The notes below the pieces were generated by a model, which was not told where the DNA came from, did not search any database, and worked only from the letters and a program-made list of their open reading frames with translations. A DNA stretch of 64,000 bases from Thermoanaerobaculia bacterium (GTDB lineage Bacteria; Acidobacteriota; Thermoanaerobaculia; Multivoradales; Multivoraceae): assembly GCA_965232105.1 (NCBI GenBank), contig OZ246956.1:3781588-3845587 (forward strand), read 5' to 3'. A program made the position numbers and the translations under genes. Position 1 is the first letter of the stretch, and each line of letters begins with the position of its first letter. Positions 28,813 through 35,847 of the stretch are shown here, piece after piece.

Positions 28813-29507
28813 GTGCGGGCGGTCTCTGGGCGGTCCTGCCGGTCAAGGCCTGGTCCGAGGCCAAGCGACGCCTGTCGCCGATCCTGAGCGGCGAAGAACG
28901 GCAGGAGCTGGCCCGCGCGATGCTGGACGACGTGCTCGGCGCGATCGCGGGCGCCTCACGGATCGCCGGAACACTTGCGGTCACCGCGGACAGGGTTGCT
29001 GCGAGCTACCTGGAAGGGGCCGGATGCGAGGTCCTGGCGGAGCCCAGGCGCGGCCTGAACCGGGCACTGGGCACCGCCGCGGACGAGCTGCGGCGCCGCG
29101 ACGCCTCGACGATGCTGGTGTTGCCCATCGACCTGCCGCTTGTCGTGGCCGACGATCTCGACCGGCTCTGCGGCCACCACCTGGAACAGGGGACCGGGCA
29201 AACCCGGAGCCCGGCTGGCCGGGCGACCGTCACCGTGGCGCCTGACCGATTCCGCTCCGGCACCAACGCCCTCGTCTGCTCGCCGCCTGGCTGCATTCCG
29301 TTCCGCTTCGGCGACGGCAGTTTCCATGCCCATCTCCGGGAAGCGGAACGGGCACAGGCCGCCCACGCGAGCGTCACCCTCAGGAACCTCAGCCTCGACG
29401 TTGACCATCCGGACGACCTGGCCGAACTGCTGCGGCTCAACCACGCCAGCCGCACCGGACGTCTTCTACGCCGACTCGGTGCTCCGTCACGGCTCGAAGG
29501 CCACTGA
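28809..29507 (+). CDS. cofC: CofC (2-phospho-L-lactate / phosphoenolpyruvate guanylyltransferase family)
   Basis: WAVLPVKAWSEAKRRLSP N-terminus typical of CofC/MobA-like nucleotidyltransferases. 232 aa. Overlaps the cofD stop. Confidence 0.75.
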   Translation: MSAGGLWAVLPVKAWSEAKRRLSPILSGEERQELARAMLDDVLGAIAGASRIAGTLAVTADRVAASYLEGAGCEVLAEPRRGLNRALGTAADELRRRDASTMLVLPIDLPLVVADDLDRLCGHHLEQGTGQTRSPAGRATVTVAPDRFRSGTNALVCSPPGCIPFRFGDGSFHAHLREAERAQAAHASVTLRNLSLDVDHPDDLAELLRLNHASRTGRLLRRLGAPSRLEGH

Positions 29508-29566
29508 ACCGGGACTGATACCGTTCGCTATCCGCCGTTGGCGCGTTCTTTCCCGCCGTCATAGCC

Positions 29567-32101
29567 ATGCCGCATCAGCTCAGCGCGTTCCTGGACCGTC
29601 GCCCGACCCCCGACGAAGCCCGTGCGCTTGCCCGCATCGAGCCAGGCGCCGGCCTCGACGAGTTGGTCGATGTCGCCGGTGAACTGCGTGACCGGGGCCA
29701 CGGCAACCTCGTCTCCTACTCGCGCAAGGTCTTCCTGCCGCTGACTCACCTGTGCCGGGACATCTGTCACTACTGCGTCTTCGCCCAGCCGCCGAAGAAG
29801 GGCGAGGCGGCGTACATGCCGCTGGACACGGTCCTGAGCCAGGCGCGCCTGGCCGCCCAGGCCGGCTGCAAAGAGGCGCTCTTCACCCTCGGGGACAAGC
29901 CTGAGCTGCGCTACAAGGCGGCCCGCGAGGGCCTGGCCGAGCTCGGCCACGAGTCGACCCTCTCCTACCTCCGCGAGGCCGCGGAACGGGTGTTTACCGA
30001 GACCGGGCTCCTGCCCCACCTCAACCCGGGCCTGATGACGGCGGAGGACATCGAGCGTCTGCGGCCCGTATCGCCGTCGATGGGCATCATGCTGGAGAGC
30101 GTGTCCATGCGGCTGCACGAGAAGGGCCAGGCCCACTACGGCTGCCCCGACAAGGTGCCGCACCGCAGGCTGGAGACCCTCCGGCTGGCCGGCGAGGCGC
30201 GGGTGCCCTTCACCTCGGGGATCCTGATCGGCATCGGCGAGACCCGCGAGGAACGGATCGACGCCCTGCTCGCGATGCGCGACCTGCACGACGAGTACGG
30301 CCACATCCAGGAAGTCATCGTCCAGAACTTCCGGGCCAAGCCCGAGACCCGGATGGCCGACGCGCCCGAGCCGACACTCGCGGACCTGCTGTGGACGATC
30401 GCCGCGGCGCGCCTCGTGCTCGGACCCGGGATGCACATCCAGGCGCCGCCCAACCTGAGCCCCGGCGTCCTGCCGCAGCTCATAGCGGCCGGCATCGACG
30501 ACTGGGGCGGCGTCTCGCCGGTCACTCCGGACTTCGTCAACCCCGAGGCCCCCTGGCCGCACCTCGAACGCCTGGCCGAGGAGACGGCCGCCGCCGGCAA
30601 GACCCTGGTCGAGCGTCTGACGGTCTATCCCGAGTGGGCGCTCGACGGGGAACGCTGGCTCGACGACGGCCGCGGCCAGAGCCGCGACATTCGCCGCCTG
30701 GGAGGCGTCCGCGCCGCGGTGCTGCAGCGGATCGACGCCACCGGGCTGCCGCGCACGGACGAGTGGTCGCCCGGCGAACAGACGCCGCCGCCACGCGCCG
30801 TCCTGGACGCGGTCACGGCGCCGGTCGCCCGAAACGGCAACGGCAGTGGCCACAGCGCCGTCGACGCGGTCTCAGCGCCTGTCCAGGCCATCCTCGATCG
30901 GGGCCGCTCGGGCTCGGATCTGACCGAGGAGCAGATCGCCACCCTGTTCCGCGCCCGCGGCGCCGACTTCACCGCCGTCTGTTCCGCTGCCGACGCGATC
31001 CGCCGCGAGGTGAACGGCGACACGGTGAGCTACGTCGTCAACCGGAACATCAACTACACGAACGTCTGCTACTTCAAGTGCCAGTTCTGCGCCTTCTCGA
31101 AGGGCAAGCTGAGCGAGAACCTGCGCGGCAAGCCCTACGACCTCGAACTGGAAGAGGTCATGCGCCGCACGGTCGAGGCCTGGCAGCGCGGCGCGACGGA
31201 AGTCTGCATGCAGGGCGGCATCCACCCGGACTACACGGGCGAGACGTATCTCGGAATCTGCCGCGCGGTGAAGGAGGCCGTGCCCGAAATCCACGTCCAC
31301 GCCTTCTCGCCGCTCGAGGTCTGGCAGGGCGCCGCGACCCTCGACATGCCGCTCCGCGACTACCTGCTGCTCCTCAAGGAGGCCGGCCTGGGCACCCTGC
31401 CCGGCACCGCCGCCGAGATCCTCGACGACGAGATTCGCGCAATCATCTGCCCCGACAAGCTGAACACGGACCAGTGGCTCGAGGTGATGGAGACCGCCCA
31501 CGGGGTCGGCTACCGCACGACGGCGACGATCATGTACGGCCACGTCGACGGCCCGCGAAACTGGGCCCGCCACCTGCTACGCCTGCGCGACCTGCAGAAG
31601 CGCACCCGCGGCTTCACCGAGTTCGTGCCCCTTCCCTTCGTCCACATGGAGGCGCCGCTCTACCTCAAGGGCCGCGCCCGCAAGGGGCCGACCTTCCGCG
31701 AGGCCGTGCTGATGCACGCGGTGGCCCGGCTGGCGCTCCACCCCTGGTTCGAAAACGTCCAGGCCTCCTGGGTCAAGATGGGGCCGGAAGGCGTCGCGGC
31801 CTGCCTCAACGCCGGCGTGAACGACCTCGGCGGCACGTTGATGAACGAGAGCATCACCCGCGCCGCCGGTTCCGAGCATGGCCAGGAACTGTCACCGTCC
31901 GAGATGGAGGCGCTGATCCAAAGCGCCGGCCGCGTTCCGAGACAGCGCACGACGCCCTATGGCACGCCGCCGCCGGAACGGGTCGAGACGTCCTTCCAGG
32001 CCGCGGAACTGGCCGCCGTGCTGAACACGCCGGCCCACCGCTATGAGCGCACTGGCCCCTTGCGACTGGTGCGCCCGGGCCTGGAAGCGGACGGCAGCTA
32101 A
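29567..32101 (+). CDS. fbiC: FO synthase FbiC (fused CofG+CofH, two radical-SAM domains)
   Basis: Two CxxxCxxC radical-SAM motifs (CRDICHYCVF; CYFKCQFCAF) in two homologous halves. 844 aa. Confidence 0.9.
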   Translation: MPHQLSAFLDRRPTPDEARALARIEPGAGLDELVDVAGELRDRGHGNLVSYSRKVFLPLTHLCRDICHYCVFAQPPKKGEAAYMPLDTVLSQARLAAQAGCKEALFTLGDKPELRYKAAREGLAELGHESTLSYLREAAERVFTETGLLPHLNPGLMTAEDIERLRPVSPSMGIMLESVSMRLHEKGQAHYGCPDKVPHRRLETLRLAGEARVPFTSGILIGIGETREERIDALLAMRDLHDEYGHIQEVIVQNFRAKPETRMADAPEPTLADLLWTIAAARLVLGPGMHIQAPPNLSPGVLPQLIAAGIDDWGGVSPVTPDFVNPEAPWPHLERLAEETAAAGKTLVERLTVYPEWALDGERWLDDGRGQSRDIRRLGGVRAAVLQRIDATGLPRTDEWSPGEQTPPPRAVLDAVTAPVARNGNGSGHSAVDAVSAPVQAILDRGRSGSDLTEEQIATLFRARGADFTAVCSAADAIRREVNGDTVSYVVNRNINYTNVCYFKCQFCAFSKGKLSENLRGKPYDLELEEVMRRTVEAWQRGATEVCMQGGIHPDYTGETYLGICRAVKEAVPEIHVHAFSPLEVWQGAATLDMPLRDYLLLLKEAGLGTLPGTAAEILDDEIRAIICPDKLNTDQWLEVMETAHGVGYRTTATIMYGHVDGPRNWARHLLRLRDLQKRTRGFTEFVPLPFVHMEAPLYLKGRARKGPTFREAVLMHAVARLALHPWFENVQASWVKMGPEGVAACLNAGVNDLGGTLMNESITRAAGSEHGQELSPSEMEALIQSAGRVPRQRTTPYGTPPPERVETSFQAAELAAVLNTPAHRYERTGPLRLVRPGLEADGS

Positions 32102-32278
32102 GACTGGGTGCGCCGGCCCGCCATCCGTGCGCCCGCTGACGGACGCACGGACTGGTTCACGGGTGGCGCGGACCGCGCCACCCGGGTTCTGGCCGGCATC
32201 CGGCGCGGAGCACCGGCTCCGAAGATTCGGCCACAGAAAGGGGGCCTCCGGTACCATGCACGACGCAGGAGGTCATCG

Positions 32279-32557
32279 ATGGAACTCGCGATCACCAAGG
32301 CCAAGGCCCGCCTCTCCGAACTTGTCGCCGCCGCGCAAGACGGCGAGCGCGTCGTCATCACGAAGAACGGCGAACCCGCCGTCGAGCTGGTTCGTTGCAA
32401 GCAGCGTAAGCGCAAGGGCGGCTTCGACTTCGACAAGTGGGAAGCCACCCGGCGCCGGATGGGGATCAAGGACGCGCCGCCGGAAGAGGCCAAGGCGATG
32501 CGCGAAGCGTTCCACGACGCAGCGCTGAGCCGGCGGGTCCTCGGCCTCGACGACTAG
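32279..32557 (+). CDS. Phd/YefM-family antitoxin
   Basis: MELAITKAKARLSELVAAAQDGERVVITKNGEPAVELV. AGGAGG Shine-Dalgarno 8 nt upstream. Confidence 0.7.
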   Translation: MELAITKAKARLSELVAAAQDGERVVITKNGEPAVELVRCKQRKRKGGFDFDKWEATRRRMGIKDAPPEEAKAMREAFHDAALSRRVLGLDD

Positions 32558-32983
32558 CTCCGGCCGTTCGACGATTCGGAAGCGCCGAAGCGCATCCTGC
32601 TGGACGCGTCCTACATCTACAGGCTGATGGAGTTGTACGGGCGATTCCCGGAAGATGCCCGTGCCTTGATTGAGGAGAACGACGCGGAACTCTACGTGAG
32701 CGCGGTGTCCATCTGGGAGATGCGCCTGAAGTACCGCGCTCTTCATCCCTCGGGCGATCGCAAGAGCCCCCACAACCCCAGCGATGTCCTCAAAACACTG
32801 GAGGGCCACGACGTCACGTTCCTGCCAATCGATGCCCATCACGCGGCCCGCGATCTGAACGTGCCGCTCGGGCACAAGGATCCGTTCGATGAGTTATTGC
32901 TCGTTCAGGCCCAGGAAGAGAGGCTCAGATTCCTGACGGCGGACCGGCAGCTCGACGGACATCCCCTGGCCATCACCGTGTAG
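32558..32983 (+). CDS. PIN-domain (VapC-like) toxin. Coding continues in the same frame directly after the antitoxin TAG, with no ATG/GTG/TTG before the catalytic N-terminal Asp (possible pseudogene, non-canonical start or readthrough).
   Basis: In-frame region ...KRILLDASYIYRLMELYG... contains the PIN N-terminal LLDxS Asp. The first ATG (32627) lies downstream of it. The C-terminal region is also PIN-like (VSAVSIWEM..., HKDPFDELLLVQA..., FLTADRQL). Confidence 0.5.
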   Translation, partial: LRPFDDSEAPKRILLDASYIYRLMELYGRFPEDARALIEENDAELYVSAVSIWEMRLKYRALHPSGDRKSPHNPSDVLKTLEGHDVTFLPIDAHHAARDLNVPLGHKDPFDELLLVQAQEERLRFLTADRQLDGHPLAITV

Positions 32984-33436
32984 CTAGCTGTTGGATCGAG
33001 GGATGGTCGCTGAAGCCACAACTGCTGGGCGTTCCGTGCTACACCTTGCCTCCAACGCCGCCAGGAGCTCGTCGTCGCGGAGGAACGCGTAGGACTGCGG
33101 CGGGTGAAACGCCGGTGTCTCGCTCCGCGCGCAGAGAGGCACCTCAAGTTCGGTTATCTCGGTCAGAGTCAGCGCGGCTACGAGTGCGGCATCTCCGACG
33201 TAGGCGTCAAACTCCCAGCGGTCGATGCCGACTCGGTCGCCGAACGCATGCCAGATTTCGTCTGGCGCTTCCAGGGCCACTCCTTGAAGCCGGGCGAATG
33301 CCACCACCTGCCGGCGCGGACTCGTTGCGTAGATCCAGATTCTTGCTCCGGCGGGCGCTCGGACTGCTCGTTTGCGGATCTCGACCGTCTTGCAACCCGA
33401 GATGAGCATGTCGACGTACGGCGGCTTAACCGACAT
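32984..33436 (-). CDS. ASCH-domain (PUA-like fold) protein
   Basis: MSVKPPYVDMLISGCKTVEIRKR matches the ASCH N-terminal GxKT.E.R motif. ~150 aa beta-barrel-sized. Start is 12 nt downstream of the 752-aa gene's stop. Confidence 0.65.
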   Translation of the reverse strand: MSVKPPYVDMLISGCKTVEIRKRAVRAPAGARIWIYATSPRRQVVAFARLQGVALEAPDEIWHAFGDRVGIDRWEFDAYVGDAALVAALTLTEITELEVPLCARSETPAFHPPQSYAFLRDDELLAALEARCSTERPAVVASATIPRSNS

Positions 33437-33447
33437 GAGGATGTCGG

Positions 33448-35706
33448 TCACGAGTCCACTTCTCCGAATCCCGCCGACACGATCCTCAGGAGTTGGTCGT
33501 GTGAAATCGCTTCCGCCGCGACGTAGTTCGCGGGACCGACGCAATCGAGCGTCTTGAGTTCGCTGTAGGAGACTGGCCGGGGGATGCCCGTCAGGCAGTC
33601 GAAGGTGAACGCCGTTACTCGACCTTCAGCGTCGGCGCGGGCTTCGATGTCGGCGGACGTCAGGACACCTTGGCGGCTGAGTGTTGCGACGGCCTCCTCC
33701 TTCGAGAGTGTGGCGGAGAAGGTCGCGCGAGCCACAGCAGCCACTTCCATCCTCGGCTCACTGAGATAGAAGACAACGATCGTCCCGCGTGGTAGGAGCC
33801 CGTGCCGGCCGGCCCGAAAGAAGTAGGCCCGTTCAAGCCGGAGAGCTGCCTCCCGGCCCGGCAGCAGCGACGACTGTGTGACTGTGGGTGGCAGGAGCTG
33901 CTCCGCATAGCTTGGCCGAACCGGCACCACCACGCTCGTGCGGCCGACGGGGAGTAGAAGGCCCGGAGAGATGAGAGTCTCGAAGTCGAAGAGAGGGATG
34001 CGATTCTCGACGGCCTCTGCTTGCCTGATCTCGATGCCCTTGTCGCTTGCTTCGCTCCAGGCGGGCATAGTCGGTGCCAACCGAAGCCCGGTTTGCTCCC
34101 TGAAGTCAGCGGAGAAACTCCGCCAACCGTCTGGCAGCAAGAAGCCGCCGTAGACCAGCTTCGAGAGTGTCGCGCTCGGCCCGCCATTGCCTGTTCGTAC
34201 CCGACGAAAGCCGCAATCGAGCGCGACCTGTTTCGTCGTGAACTTCCCAGCTGCGGAATGGAGGTCAATTCGATAGAGCTTGCCAAAGCTACGGGGCCTT
34301 AGTAGCCAATCGAACAGATGCTCGGCCGTAACCAGCGACTCGGCGCGCGATTCCTCAACGTACACATGGGCAGTCCACGGCTGGCCGAGGATGGTCGGAG
34401 GTGCCAACGCGGCGACCCCGAGGATCCGGTCGGCTGCCCTAACCACGCGCTGTTCGGTGGGTTGCTGGGTCGTGCCCGGATTCAGGACGGCATCCCTGCG
34501 GTCAGCCGGTAGGCCGAGGCGTTCAAGGAAGTTCGCTAGGGCTGCGCGATCGCTGTCCTTCAGCGGACCTCCAGACAGGAGGCTATGGTCGACCTCGGCG
34601 GTGACCCGTGAAGCGCCGTGTCCGGCTGCGGTGGGGAGCGGCGGAGCCAGATCCGCCGGTGCGGCGACCCTGAGGCCGTATTGATCCCGTAGTAGTTCGG
34701 CGTGCGAAAGGATCCGACCGTCTCGCGAGACAAAGCCGTAGGCGCGATGGTAGATGCAGGCTGCGAGATGGCGTAGGTCGGAAGTGTCCGTGATGCCACG
34801 CTTGCTGGTGACATCGGAGGTCAGCCCCATCGAGTCTCGCAGTGCGCTCGTCAGCCGAGCAACCTGGTCTACCGGGGGCTCTGGAAGGCGGGGGAGACTG
34901 CGGGCTGCTTGCAGGAACTCGTCGTTCGGTTCGACGGACGTCCTCTCCAACTCACGTATCAGTTCAGCGGTGACGACGATGGGGACTGCTCCAAGCAGCC
35001 ACAACGATTGCCCCCGGTCGCGCTGCCTCAGGGCGTCGAACACGACATTCAAGTCGAGCACCCAGCGACGTGCCGGAAGTCGTGGCCTGTCGCGGAACGT
35101 GATCGCCTCGGCGGCGGGCGGTGGGCTTTCGTCCCGCGGCGACGGCTTGCGGAAGAGCGACGGAACATCGAGTTCCCTAAGGTAGACGTTGATCTCCCGG
35201 TTGGTCGTCCTGCCGCCGAGTTCCGTGCGGTGGAGCGCAAAGCCGTGGCGCACCCAGAACTGGTTCGCCGGGAGATCTGCGGCCACGCGGGCCGTGATGC
35301 CGAGGACGGAGTGCTGTTCGCCGTAGCGCACAAGCTCGTTGAGCAGCCCTCCCGCCACACCTTGTCGTCGTGCGGTTTCAAGCGTGAAGATCTGAAACAC
35401 CTTCAACTGCTGGTGAGTGCCTCCGAAGCGGAGGAATCCGGCCACTTCCCCACTGCTCGGCCGAGTCGCGACCCAGAGCCGACGCCTGCGCGCTGACTGC
35501 CGATAGACCGCTGGCGTGAAGAACCCGAGTTCCCTCGTGTGGACGTCGGCCGTGGCGACTATCTGGTCGACGTAGGGGAGTACGTCGCTCGGCTGCTTGA
35601 GAATCGTGATTCGGGTCAAACGGGTTTCTCGCATGTGGTCAGGGAATCCTCCTGGGTAAACGCGACGTTGCGCACCGAGTCCTTCATGGACCAAGACGGA
35701 TTCCAT
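33448..35706 (-). CDS. Large multidomain protein with N-terminal GNAT acetyltransferase domain and uncharacterised middle/C-terminal regions. Likely true start is ATG 35635 (MRETRLTRIT).
   Basis: GNAT motif A (RRQGVAGGLLNELVRYGEQHSVLGITARV...NQFWVRHGF). Middle segment has PIN-like strings (RWVLDLNVVFDAL...VTAELIREL). AGGAGG lies ~12 nt upstream of ATG 35635. Confidence 0.55.
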   Translation of the reverse strand: MESVLVHEGLGAQRRVYPGGFPDHMRETRLTRITILKQPSDVLPYVDQIVATADVHTRELGFFTPAVYRQSARRRRLWVATRPSSGEVAGFLRFGGTHQQLKVFQIFTLETARRQGVAGGLLNELVRYGEQHSVLGITARVAADLPANQFWVRHGFALHRTELGGRTTNREINVYLRELDVPSLFRKPSPRDESPPPAAEAITFRDRPRLPARRWVLDLNVVFDALRQRDRGQSLWLLGAVPIVVTAELIRELERTSVEPNDEFLQAARSLPRLPEPPVDQVARLTSALRDSMGLTSDVTSKRGITDTSDLRHLAACIYHRAYGFVSRDGRILSHAELLRDQYGLRVAAPADLAPPLPTAAGHGASRVTAEVDHSLLSGGPLKDSDRAALANFLERLGLPADRRDAVLNPGTTQQPTEQRVVRAADRILGVAALAPPTILGQPWTAHVYVEESRAESLVTAEHLFDWLLRPRSFGKLYRIDLHSAAGKFTTKQVALDCGFRRVRTGNGGPSATLSKLVYGGFLLPDGWRSFSADFREQTGLRLAPTMPAWSEASDKGIEIRQAEAVENRIPLFDFETLISPGLLLPVGRTSVVVPVRPSYAEQLLPPTVTQSSLLPGREAALRLERAYFFRAGRHGLLPRGTIVVFYLSEPRMEVAAVARATFSATLSKEEAVATLSRQGVLTSADIEARADAEGRVTAFTFDCLTGIPRPVSYSELKTLDCVGPANYVAAEAISHDQLLRIVSAGFGEVDS

Positions 35707-35847
35707 CTGACAATCTTATGCCTATGTTGCTATGGCCTCTCTGAGAGAGCGAGCGGACGAACCTTGACGAGCCGCAACTGCCCCATTTCTCGGCCCGACT
35801 CGCTCCAAGTGGAGCTCGAGGAGGCGAACCAGAACCGCGCTGGGCAC

